Below are positions 24,217 to 36,009 of a stretch of 64,000 nucleotides of DNA, piece by piece. The DNA is from Leucoraja ocellata (taxonomy: Eukaryota): the NCBI GenBank assembly GCA_036785375.1, contig JAWMAR010000009.1, forward strand, positions 3,968,001 to 4,032,000. Reading direction: 5' to 3'. The position numbers and the translations under genes are program-made. The notes beneath the pieces were generated by a model. The model did not search any database and was not told the origin of the DNA. It saw nothing but the letters and a program-made list of their open reading frames with translations. Numbering within the stretch: position 1 is the stretch's first letter; each line of letters starts with the position of its first letter.

Positions 24217-24799
24217 CTAGACCAAGTGGGACCCATTAGGCCCAGTTCCCCCAACACAATATTCCACCACTCACCCATAGCCCCTAACTGCGCAGGCGTG
24301 GCTCATTTCCCCTCATCCTCTAGCACTCCCTCCCCCTCCTCTTTACCCCCCTCTTCTTTACCCTCTCCTCCTACCCTCACCCACTCCCTCCCTCACCTCT
24401 CCCTCCCTCTCCTTTCCCCTACCCTCAGTCACTCCCTCCCTCCCTCCATCACCCCTCTCCTATCCCTACCCCCACCTCTACATCTATCTCCCTGCTGCCC
24501 CCCCTCCTCACCTCTCCCCTATCTCACCCCCTCCCCACTGAACACAATGTTTAAATAAAATGTCTCCTCCTCCCCTTCCCCACTCTCCCTCTCCTTTCTC
24601 CTTTCCCCTACTCTCAGTCGACTCTCTCACTCTCCTCTTGTTTGTGTGTATGTATATATGTGGGTGTGTCATCTGAGCACAATCTGGTTAATTCCTATTT
24701 TCTTCCAAACGCTAGGCCACAGCCTTCCCATTTTCACACATTCTACTCATATTTCTCCCGATAAACATCTTCCCATCGCATTTCCACCTATATTTCCGA
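24217..24799 (-). mobile_element. Non-autonomous Helitron-like element (second copy)
   Basis: A|CTAGaccaagtgggaccc... on the plus strand equals a minus-strand 3' CTAG|T end with an imperfect hairpin. 24248-24310 matches the reverse complement of about 4215-4278, and 24677-24797 matches 3189-3310. Confidence 0.65.
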
Positions 24800-25070
24800 T
24801 CTTTTGCAGATTTATGAGATAATTTCCCATGCACCAAGCCACGCTGACCATCCCAAATCAGTCCTTGTCTCTCCAAATGTTGGTAGATCCTGGCCCTCAG
24901 AACCCCTTCTTGTAATGCACCCACCACTGACATCAGGCTCAACTGCATGTAGTTCACTTGCTTATCCTTGCTGCTCTTCTTAAATAACTGTACAGCATCG
25001 GCTACCTTCCAGTTTTCAACCTGTCACCTGTGGTTAAAGAGGATACAAACATATTTGCAAGGACCTCTTC
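24800..25070 (-). mobile_element. CR1-type LINE RT fragment
   Basis: ORF 24712..24957 NY...SLMSVVG..EGVLR.RIYQHLERQGLI.D.Q.G.V.G. Confidence 0.7.
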
Positions 25071-25750
25071 TGTATTGTTAAAAAAAATGGGGCAAAGTTT
25101 AAAGCTGCACTTTCTTAGAACTGAGATTTTCAGAGTTCTCAGCGTTCTGGTTCTCAGAGTTCGATTAAAAACAAAGTTGAAATTTAACAATGCATCTTGC
25201 ATTAAATGGGTTCATAGAGTCAAAGAGCCATCGAGTCTATGACTCTATGGAAACAGACCCCTCAGCCCAACCTGTGCCAACACCGGCCGACATGTCCCAT
25301 CTACACTAGTCCCTCTTGCCTGTGTTTGGCCCATATCTCTCTTAACCTGTCCTATCCATGTACCTGTCTAAATGTTTCTTAAGATTCCTGAAGAAACCTA
25401 TGGGTTCCCAAAGATACCTTTGAGCTAGCCTGGCTTTCGAATTCATGAAACAGTAAGGGTTTGAAAATAACGAGGCCTGAACACTTGGGATTCGAAAGGA
25501 GCAGCTGATGTGACATCTGATCATTTTTCAATATGAATTGTTGGTGAAATCTTTATATTTTTTGCATTAGGCTCGGCAGCTGCCGCAACTTTTATAACGA
25601 TAGATGCCTCACATTATTGATGCTGGTAATTTTAGTGAATGCAGCCTATTTTTCGTCAATAATTCTCTGTTTGAAAAGGCCAACATTTGTCTCGTCTATT
25701 CCCTTTCTGGAAGATCTTGGTTTGGCTAGCAAACTAAAGGATCATGTTGA

Positions 25751-25874
25751 AGATAGACACAAAATGCTGGAGTAACTCAGCAGACCAGGCAGCATCCATG
25801 GAGAAAGGAAATAGGTGACGTTTCAGGTCGAGACCCTTTTTCGGACCAGCATCTGCAGTTCCTTCCTACACACT
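25751..25874. mobile_element. Penelope-related mini-element with 14-bp TSD
   Basis: aaggatcatgttga at 25737-25750 and 25875-25888. Body ggtgacgtttcaggtcgagaccc. Confidence 0.8.
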
Positions 25875-25952
25875 AAGGATCATGTTGATAGCACTTTCAG
25901 AATGTTTGACTGAATTTGTATGTGAATCTAAACATTGATATTTTTATGATAT

Positions 25953-26247
25953 TTGAATCAATTCCCTCTGGAAGGTGACTCCGGACTGTCAAAGCTGCCA
26001 CAGCCAGACATAAAAACAGCTTTGAAAACACGAGTAGTAGCTCTACTCAATAACCAAAAATATGTAGCCTCCTTTTGCTCTGGTATTTTATTTTATTCAC
26101 ATGTTTAATCAATAATGTTTTATTTTTTATGTTTTAAGTCTCATTCTTAACTGTCACTATATGTCATGTTGTCACTTGTGGGCAGAGCACCAAGGCAAAT
26201 TCCTTGTATGTGAATACTTGGCCAATAAACTTATTCATTCATTCATT
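25953..26247 (+). mobile_element. Rex1/Babar LINE 3' end with (ATTC)n tail
   Basis: FESIPSGR.LRTVKAATARHKNS-like C-terminus, then aataaacttattcattcattc. Confidence 0.75.
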
Positions 26248-26334
26248 GATATTTTATAAGGATTGACAAAGCTTTGAGGGGTTGATGAAACAATGGTTCA
26301 GTCTGAGAATAAACTTATCAGGTTCTTTTATGTT

Positions 26335-27023
26335 AAATTTAGTTTAGTTTAATTTAATTTAGAGATACAACATGGAAAGCGGCACTTCGACTCACCGATC
26401 CATGCCGACTTGATCACTCGTTCACACTAGTTCTATGTTATCCCACTTTTGCATACAAGTAGGGACAATTTACAGAGGCCAATTAACCCAGTGATTCCCA
26501 ACCTGGGGCCATGGCAAATTTCAGGAGGCCGCAGAAAAATTTGGGATTTAGGGGGCCACAGGTTCAATGAAGGGGGCCACAGAGCTACCACCCTGTTGCC
26601 TCCTAAATTTCAGTTTAATAAATTTAAATCTATGTAGTTGAAATATTTTTGATGTTTGTGGAATAGAATAAAAGAGAATATATGTGCAATTAATAGACAT
26701 TGATATTTTTATGGAAGGTATTATAATATTGAAGTACTTTTTTTCCGCTAATAATGTCGGGGGGGGGGGGGGGGGGCACAGAAAAATTAAAAGATCCCAA
26801 GGGGGCCATGAGCTAAAAAAGGTTGGGAACCACTGAATTAACCTACAAACTCACATAGGCTTTGGGCTGTGGGAGGAAACCAGAACACCCGGGGGGAAAC
26901 TCACACAGTCACAGTGAGAATGTGTAAACGCCACATGGGCAGCACATGAGATCGGGATTCAGCCTGGGTGCCTGGCATTGTGAAGCAGCAGCAGCAGCAG
27001 CAGCTGTACCATTGTGCTGCCCT
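26335..27023 (-). mobile_element. HE1/V-SINE interrupted by a hAT MITE
   Basis: Tail tttagagataca..., body resumes aattaacctacaaac at 26836, head ...gtgctgccc. Confidence 0.8.
26489..26835. mobile_element. hAT (Charlie-like) MITE, 347 bp
   Basis: TIR cagtgattcccaacct / aggttgggaaccactg. Perfect 8-bp TSD aattaacc (26481-88, 26836-43). Confidence 0.92.
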
Positions 27024-28077
27024 TTTGAAGCACTTTATCCCTGCAAAGGGTATTGAACATTCAATGGTGTTTTGGCAGTTACAGTGTATTCCCATTGTAA
27101 ATATGTAAATCTGCAAAGCTACCTGTCTACAAATGTTAAAGCTAAGCAGGTAATTATAGCTCCTGCAACTGTAGTTAAATGGTTATTGAGCAAAGTACAA
27201 ATTGCTGGACGAACTCAATGGCCCAATCAGCATCTGGGGAAGGAATGGAGGGGCAACGTTTTGGGTTGGGTCCTGTCTGGAGAAGGATTCCAACCTGAGA
27301 TGCCGCCTGTACCTCTTCCTCCCCAGATGTTTCCTGACCTGCTGAGTTCCTCCAGTACTTTGTGCTTTGCTCACGACTTCACCATCTGTAATCTCTTGTG
27401 TCTCCGTTAATTGTTTCCTTTGTGTTTAAAAGATATGGAAACTTTGAGTTTGGACTGAGATGGTCATCAAGAGAACGTCTGGTTCTCCTGATGAATAAAG
27501 ATGTTCATATCTACGACTCCAGAGTGACTCAGTTCACAAGTCACAATGATGATAATGGTTTAATAGAGAACAGTAACCTTGTCTTATCTGTGTACTTATG
27601 GAGTAAGGATGCCAGTCATTCATTCACTGTATGTGGACATCACTGACAAGGCAGGCTTTTATCGTCCCATCTAATGATCTCCAGGTTTTTAAGATTGCAC
27701 TATATTAGTGGTCCATGTGTTACAGTATATAGAAGATTTATTTGCAGCCAGATGATAATATTAATTACAAGGTGGAATATTAATTCTTCACGCTATTAAG
27801 CATGTGTTCTTCAACACTCCCGTCCATCTGCTCATTTTTCATTCAACGGCAGCTCTCCGTGATTAACCACGCAAGAATTTACTCATGATTAAATATTGAA
27901 ATCTGACTAAGGAAAATTATAGAATCATCTATTATCTATGAATCGTCTATGAATTATAGAATCAAGTGCAGACTTTTACCTGCACTTCACAAGGCCAACA
28001 TAATTAAGGGCCATTTTCACCCCAGTCATTCCCTCTTCTCCCCTCTCCCATCAGGCAAAGAAATCAAAGCTTGAAAG

Positions 28078-28972
28078 CAAGAGCGGAACTCGTTATCAAA
28101 ACATGGAGGGGACCGGGGGACACNNNNNNNNNNNNNNNNNNNNNNNNNNNNNNNNNNNNNNNNNNNNNNNNNNNNNNNNNNNNNNNNNNNNNNNNNNNNN
28201 NNNNNNNNNNNNNNNNNNNNNNNNNNNNNNNNNNNNNNNNNNNNNNNNNNNNNNNNNNNNNNNNNNNNNNNNNNNNNNNNNNNNNNNNNNNNNNAATCCA
28301 GCGCTAAATGCAGCTCAACTCTGCCTGTCTCACCGGGTTAGCTACAGCCCTGTCTGGACTGACGGGACACCAGCGCTGCTTCTCCGCACTGGCCATACTT
28401 CCCACAAGTCCAGGAAGGGCTGTAGGCTTACCTGGCGGGACAGGCAGAGTTGAGCTGGGTTTAGCGCTGCTTCTCTGCGCTGGCTGTGGGCCTGGGAACA
28501 CCGCGCCCGTCTGACTCCCGGCCAAAGGTCCTATAGTGGAGGATCTTTGCTGCCGACCTCTCTGGCCACTGGGGGGGGGGGGGGGGGGGGGGTGGCGGGG
28601 TATGCGGGAGGGGACGGCACATGCCGGGGAGCCGGCCGGGAATGATCCTGGCTGCGGATGAGGCGCAGGTCTGTGCCCCGTCTCCCTCCTCCAATCACCG
28701 CACTGTATCCTCAGTCCCACCCTCCCCACCCACTCCTCCCTCCTCCAATCACCATGCTGAATCATCATGTCCCGCCCCCATTGCCTGCTGACCGACATCT
28801 CTCTTGTCCAATCGGCGCCCTCGATCATCAGTCCCACCCCCACTGTCTCGCGGAAAGCGGAGAATTCACCGGGTTTTTAAATCTGGATTACAAAAACTTG
28901 GGGGGGATGTCCCACCTCGCAAAAAATGGGGGGGCGTGTCCCCTCTGACCTCCCCCGGGTTTTCCGCCCCTG
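28078..28972. mobile_element. Non-autonomous hAT with GC-rich interior, inserted in a Rex1 3' end
   Basis: TIR caagagcggaa / ttccgcccctg. Perfect 8-bp TSD cttgaaag (28070-77, 28973-80). The flanks join into a Rex1-like LPSG...SLKARTTSLRNSFF. Confidence 0.85.
28124..28294. other. assembly gap
   Basis: Run of N. Confidence 1.
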
Positions 28973-30171
28973 CTTGAAAGCACGTACCACTAGTTTGAGG
29001 AACAGCTTCTTCTCCAATGTTATCAGACTACTAAACGGCTCTTTGACAAGCTAGAGGGTAGACCCGATCTTCCAACCTACCTCATTGTGGACCTTGAACT
29101 TTTTATAACTGAAATTTTAATGCTAAAATGCTGTACCATTATATTCTACACTCTTGTAGCTTTTTTTTTGCACTACCTGCTGTACTTGTGTTTGGTTTAA
29201 TTGTACTCATGTATAGTTTGTTAGCTTTTCAATGTATCTCTGTACATGGGCGGTACATGTACATTGCATGACTTAACAATCCTATCAACAATTAGAGAGC
29301 GGCCCTGAACTACCATCTACCTCAGTGGAGACCCTTGGACTATTTATAATTGGACTTTACTGGACTTTATTTTACACTGTGGACAGCTTAATTGTAATCA
29401 TGGATAGTTGATCTGCTGACTGGATAGCACGCAACAAAAAACTTGACACAGTACCACAGTACACATGCCAATAAACAAATACTACACGCATGGCAATAAT
29501 ATATTAATATTAATATCAATCAGATGGTATATTTTTAACAGGGGAAATGAATAAAGATTCAACTGCAGAAAAAGCCATGAAGTGTTATGATTAAAATATG
29601 GGATGATTGCCATCTTGTATTTCAATCTCATTGCTGATTGAACAAACTATCTGTACAACAACATTCATATAGTGCAAGAAAAACTGACAGGAATATGTCT
29701 GGATTTGTTCCTGCAACACTACTGTAAAGGCTAAAATGATAAAAATGCTGAAAGCTAGTCCAGCCTGAAGAAGCACCCAAAACGTCACCTATCCAAGTTC
29801 TCCAGAGATGTTGCCTAACCCACTGAGTTACTCCTGCACTTTGTGTCTTTTTTGTGAACCAGCACCTGTGGTCCCTTATGTGTACAAACAAAGCAGTGGT
29901 AATTTTACTTTTCAAAATGTTTTTATCCTTTTTAAGTGTAAAGCTATTTCAGCAGTAAGCTTTTTTTATTTTTACAGTAGCTTAGCAGAGTGTGGCTGAA
30001 ATCCCCATTACGGGGAGGGGAACTGTCGGGGGGGTCAGGGTGTTGGGAGGGGGGAACTGAGATTCTTGATGTTCAGCATGGTGCAGCAATTGTTGGCCTG
30101 GAGTTAGCAGCCAGGTGTTAAGAGTTAAAGTTCATTATAGCATGCAATTGCAAGGTACTTGAAATGCAAGG

Positions 30172-30365
30172 TGTTTAAGAAGGAACTGCAGATGCTGGAA
30201 AATCGAAGTTACACAAAAAAGCTGGAGAAACTCAGCGGGTGCAGCAGCATCTATGGAGCGAAGGAAATAGGCAACGTTTCGGGCCAAAGCCCGAAACGTT
30301 GCCTATTTCCTTCGCTCCATAAATGCTGCTGCACCCGCTGAGTTTCCCCAGCTTTTTTGTGTACC
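30172..30365. mobile_element. Palindromic Penelope-related mini-element with perfect 15-bp TSD
   Basis: acttgaaatgcaagg at 30157-30171 and 30366-30380. Near-perfect hairpin centred on tttcgggc-caaa-gcccgaaa. Confidence 0.9.
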
Positions 30366-31384
30366 ACTTGAAATGCAAGGATGGAATTAGTCTTCCCGTG
30401 CCCTTTTCTAAATCTACTGGTTATACAGCTTTTCCGTCAATCTTGTGTCCTTTCCACCTAAGGGACTTACACCTATGAAACAAACTATTGCTGAGTGTTG
30501 AAGTTTTAGACTGCAATAAACATTTGCAGTTGAAGATCTTGCATCAAGCGGAGAACAGATTAATTTACAGCTTTGTGGTAAGAGTATAATTTTTCCGTAT
30601 TAGTACTTCTATACTTTCGACTTTAAAAAATGGTTCTGCAAATGGAGTGATTAAATGAGTTTATTACTTCTTCTGCTCCCTCAATATATATTAACATTTA
30701 ACAGATCAAAAGCTACTGAAGTTATTAAGGAGTTTATAGTTTCCGAGTGAAGCGATTGACATATGTGAGGAGATATTGGACAGATTATCTTCCATTTTGA
30801 CTGTCTGATTAAGCAGCTTTCTACACGTATTGATTGTCTGTCAAAAAAAAATCAATGAGTTTCATTTAGAGAAACCAGTTTTAAGTTGCAGCAACTATTT
30901 CCATTTGAAGTTGTAGAAAAGTATAAATGACCCATTTTGTCAGACTGATGAAGAAATGGCTGTGCTGAAGGAAAGAAGTTTGAAAGGAAGAAAATCAAAT
31001 GGATGCCGTCAACTGAAGAAAATATAATGATCCTGCAGGGTGAAATTAAATTTACCTTTAACCCTGCTTCTTTGAGCAAATGCTGAGAGCAGGGAATAAC
31101 TAAATTTATCTCTGCACAATAAAACGGGTGATGGCATTATGTCAGTCTTTCATATGAAGTGCAGAGCTCCAAGAAAATTGCATTTTTGTGACATATTTGT
31201 CAATATTACTACTTTCCTTTGTACTTTGCTGACAGGGCAATTTCTGCAAATGGTCTTGTTTGACGCCACTGGTTTTTGAAAACCTATCATGAGAGTGGAA
31301 GCTGAGATTGTGGGGGTGAGAAGTTCAACTGTTTGCCAAGGAAGCAAACACCGGTGTTGGTCTTCCAGATTTTACTCACTGGCC

Positions 31385-31745
31385 GATGGAATGAGCTGCC
31401 AAAGGAGGTAGTTGAGGCAGGGACTATCCCAACATTTTAGAAACAGTTAGACAGACAGGTACATGGATAGTACAGATTTGGAGGGATATGGAGCAAACAC
31501 GGGCAGGTGAAACTAGTGTAGAGGGGACATGTTGACCGGCGTGGGCCGAAGGGCCTGTTTCCACACTGTATCACTCTATGACCTGGCATTCACCATTTAC
31601 ACCAGATATGATGGCAGCATTAAGATACTTTTAAGAGAGGAGCATGATATGCAGGTAATGGAGGGATATAGATCATGTCCAGCATTTGGGATCATGACTG
31701 GCACAGACATTGTGGGCTGAAGGGCGTGTACTGTTTTATGTTTGA
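31385..31745 (+). mobile_element. Two tandem CR1-type 3' end fragments
   Basis: tggaatgagctgcca..gaggtagttgaggcagg... and ...ttgtgggctgaagggc. Confidence 0.75.
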
Positions 31746-32809
31746 TGCTATGTTCAATTTGAAAACATTTGATGGGGCTGCCTGATACAAGTCTTAAGTT
31801 TCTTATAATCCAAGTTGTCATCTTATAGCTGTTGTTGCATCCAAGCTGAAAAACAGAGGTGCAACTAATTAAGCAATATATTGTGCTTTCATCCTTTGTA
31901 GACCAGGTATAGGATCACCTAACAGTTAGTGTTTGTGTTCTCTATTAGGCAAATCCTGACCAGTTGTGGGCTCCTATAAGGCACGACCTGGGACTGTTCT
32001 CTTCGCTCAACGTGGTCATCAGCGTTGAGCTGGTTGATGCCTGACCTTCAGAGGCTGGCAGGTTAGATCAAATGGCTGTTTGTTGGCAGAGACATGTTAT
32101 TAAATCCTCCAACCAACTTACAGAGCTAAAGTTGTCATGGAACTCGGATTGGATTGAAACTGCATACAAACTCAATGAGAAGCTTCCGTAGCTACAGCAG
32201 AAATGTCTGACTTTTTTGGGATATGTTATGGGTCCAGCACTTTAAATAAAATGTTTAAGCTTCTGAAGAATGTACTTCAACAGACCTGAGTTCTTGTGAG
32301 AAATCGCCAATGGACTTCTTGAAAATCAGTTTCTGCCCAAAGTGGCTTCATTAATGTGCGATGATTGTTATTACGTGGGCCCGGTCAGGTGCAAGAGATT
32401 TCTATCCCACTTCCAACCAGGCGGCAATGGCACTGGGTAACTGGATAGGATCTGGGACTTAATCATATTTCCTGCATGGAGTACCATTGTTGCAATGTGA
32501 AACACCTCTATATTGCTGCCATATGCCAGGATTCTTACAGGGCATAATTAGCTTTGCTTGTGACACTGTTGTCTCTTTGTGAAACACTGTGCCAGTGAGG
32601 AATAAAGTGGAGGTTCCACCTGTGCTTGGATTCTGTGTACCCACAGGAGGGGAAATAGGAACAGCAATGCATGCACAGCTCATTGGTAATTGTGTATGCA
32701 CAATTTGGCAGCAACTTTGTGTTTTTATATGTAAACCAAGAACAGCTGCAATAATGTCTTAAGAACCTATAATTGTAATTTGTGACATCAATGCTGTTAT
32801 TTGATGGAT

Positions 32810-33020
32810 TTGATTTGTCCTATGGCATATCTTTCATTCGTTTGTCCTTTGTACCTTCATATCTCTAGTTTCCCTCTCCCCTGACTCAGTCTGAGGAAGG
32901 GTCTCGACCTGAAACATTACCTATTACTTTTCTCCAGAGATGCTGCCTGACCTGCTGAGTTACTCCAGCATTTTGTGTCTATCTTCGGTGTAAACCAGCA
33001 TCTGTAGTTCCTTCCCACCC
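32810..33020 (+). mobile_element. Penelope-related terminus with hammerhead-like core
   Basis: gactcagtctgaggaagggtctcgacctgaaacattacc... Confidence 0.75.
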
Positions 33021-33367
33021 AAGATTTTAAGGCGTCTTTTTAAATTAACAAGCTATGGAGAAAATAAAAATTCAAAATTAAGTAGCTGTAATCTATTTTT
33101 ACTTAACCAGCATTTTTAAATCTGCTGAAAATCTTGACATTGCAGATGCTGAAATTAGGACAGAGAATACTGGAAACACTCAGTAGGTCAGGCAGTATCT
33201 GCAGGAGGAGAAACAAAGTTATTTTTTCAGATCAAAGATCTCTTGGGAACTTCTGACAAAGTCTTATTGATGTGAATCATTAATTCTGGTTCCCTTTCAT
33301 AAAGATGCTTCCTGACCTGTCTAGTCTTTCCAGCATTTTTCTTTTTTGACAACAGTTGAGAATTGGT

Positions 33368-33500
33368 NNNNNNNNNNNNNNNNNNNNNNNNNNNNNNNNN
33401 NNNNNNNNNNNNNNNNNNNNNNNNNNNNNNNNNNNNNNNNNNNNNNNNNNNNNNNNNNNNNNNNNNNNNNNNNNNNNNNNNNNNNNNNNNNNNNNNNNNN
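33368..33500. other. assembly gap
   Basis: Run of N. Confidence 1.
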
Positions 33501-35049
33501 TCCTTCCTCCGTAGTCATTTTCTTCACTCCTCCTTTGAGCTGGTGTGGATTTCTGAACAAGTTGTCATTGTAAAGAGCAGATACGAGCAGTATTGCCATC
33601 CTAACTACCTCAAAATTTGGGCTAAGCGATCTTTCATTTCAACTGCCTGCAAAGACTCAACACTGGTCCCTGCACTACATTGCAGACTGTTCTGGATTGG
33701 CCTCCCTCTAATCCCTGCATGATGAGTCAAAAGCAAGGTGTACGAAGACCTTGGATACTTGGGCCACATCATAACTCTTCAGCAGCCTCTGGTGTTGGCC
33801 TTGATTCTCCATGAAATTGACGGTGGTTTTGGGAATTTCTGAATGAGGTAGATTATTGAGGAAAAGGAGAAGATGCTGTCAGCCATTCAGCACGGTATGT
33901 CTAGCTGTACCAATGCTGTCTCCAGCATTTATATGATTATGGAAATCAATGATGCAGCGTGAATTAACTGCTGCCACTTAAAGATAATTTGTTCAAAGAG
34001 TTTGCACCAGCTCTAAGAGACGCAAGGAGTGTTTTTGCATAGCAGAAGCTGATTTTAATGGAAGAGAGCAGCTACAAGAGACCCAGGTAGCACAATTTGA
34101 AATGCTAGTTAATTTATAAATGATTTTTTAAAAATTCCGATAGCTTAATGATTTAGAAACATTTTTTTCAAATTGTTAATTTAAAAAGACTGTGCTATAA
34201 AGTCTTCGTAATCATTTTTTAATTTAAAAGAAAAGACATTTAAAAATATTTTCAGGACTTTTAAATACAAAATTGACCAATAGCTTATTAATTTAAATTG
34301 TTATGAAAATTTTGAAAGCTTTTAAAACTTCAAACTCAGCTTATTTCTTGCAACAGTTCAGATTGAATCTAAAGCTGATTTTTTTCCCCCCTGTTTTTTT
34401 AGGGGGGGGAAGACCTAGACTGTATTGTCCAAGAATATGCCACGGTGCATAATGTCAAGCCGTGTAAAAACTTTGCAGTGCTCTTTCGATCTTCATATTG
34501 GAAGAGCTGCAGAATGTTAATATGTGTAGGAAGGAACTGCAGCAAAGATAGACACAATGCTGGAGTAAATCAGTGGGACAGCACCTCTGGAGAGAAGGAA
34601 TGGGGGACGTTTTGTGTCGAGACCCTTCTTCAGACTGTGTTTTTCATTAAATTCGCAATGACTGTAATTTCGCAGCTGACTGCAAATGCTCTGCCTCATG
34701 TCATTTGGGCCGCTGAATATTTTCATAAAGTTTGGGACAAGCATTTGAGATAGCCACTCGCATATCCATAAAGATTTTAGGAAAAACTTTCCTCGGAGAG
34801 TGGCGAGATGTGGAACTCGTTACAAATTTGGTGTTGTTGAAACAAACAACATGTAGATGCATTCAAAAGGAAATTTGATGACAATGAGAGGTTGAAAGCT
34901 ATGGAAGAATATGTTAGTGGGGGGGTGAGCTGAAACTTAAACAGAAGGCTTCCCCTGGTTTGAAGAGCGAAACTGAATGTCTTGTCCCAGTGCTGCAAGT
35001 TCTCCACCCGGATATATGCTGGGTAAAACAAAAGCAACACAATTTTACA

Positions 35050-35420
35050 GCTCCAGGTATCTCCAAATCCTTGACAATCCATTACATTCTGAAATGCGGT
35101 CACTGCCACGACATAGGACATGTATGCAGGGATATCCAACATAAAAGCCAGGTAATTTGCGTTTGTGTTGTGAATTGAGAAATAAAGGTTGGTCGGTTTA
35201 CAAGCGCGTGCGAACTTAAGCTAACGCCATTGGATCTTGAACAGTTGTATGGGAGACCAGGAAGAGTTCTGCTTAATACCTCATCCAAAAGACACTCCAC
35301 CGACACTATAGCACCAGAATGCCAGGGCACAGTTTGTGCTTGGGTGGGATTCAAACCCATGTACATCTGCCTGAGCCGCAGTTTACACAGTGGGATCAGA
35401 TAATGCACTATAGCCTGATG
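35050..35420 (-). mobile_element. Ancient DeuSINE-like (SacSINE1/AmnSINE1-type) element
   Basis: Minus strand gtgctatagtgtcggtggagtgtcttttggatgaggtattaa resembles the Deu domain. B-box-like gggtttgaatccc at about 35346-35358. Confidence 0.55.
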
Positions 35421-36009
35421 CCTAAAGTTTAAAAAAAAAACTTGAATCATCAAAATATTTTGTGTTCAATTCTCGCATTAATGGATGTGTAGATCCTTTT
35501 TTTCTGGCATCTGGGTGTATTTTTTAAAGATTGAAAGGATAATTTTGCAATGGTGTACTCTAAAATCTTTAACCACGTTTCCAAGTAAGTCTGATTAATT
35601 ATCTGTCCCTGAACACTATTTTCAAAGGAGCCTTCTTCCCACAAATCACCGACAAGGGACAAAATAAATTGCAGCAGACTTCTGTGCCTTGGTGAGATCA
35701 GAAGTGTAAATGAAAAAAATGAATGTTGCAGATTTATAATACACTTGGGCTGCAATGTCCTCCATCTGTACTGAGAATCTCCCCCACAATGTTTTTGTGC
35801 TATCATTCACACTGATCCTGTCATTCTGAGCCAGCCCAGCATTTTCATCACTGTCTCATCCACAGCCTTCTGTTGGTATGTGATGCTAGCAAACCTGGCA
35901 CTATGCCTTGTTAGAAATCCTATTCCCAGTGGTGTAGCTCAAAGACGCACCTAGCTTGGCGATTGTGGCAATCTGACTAGAAGGTCCAGATGTGTTAGAA
36001 ATAGCTTCC

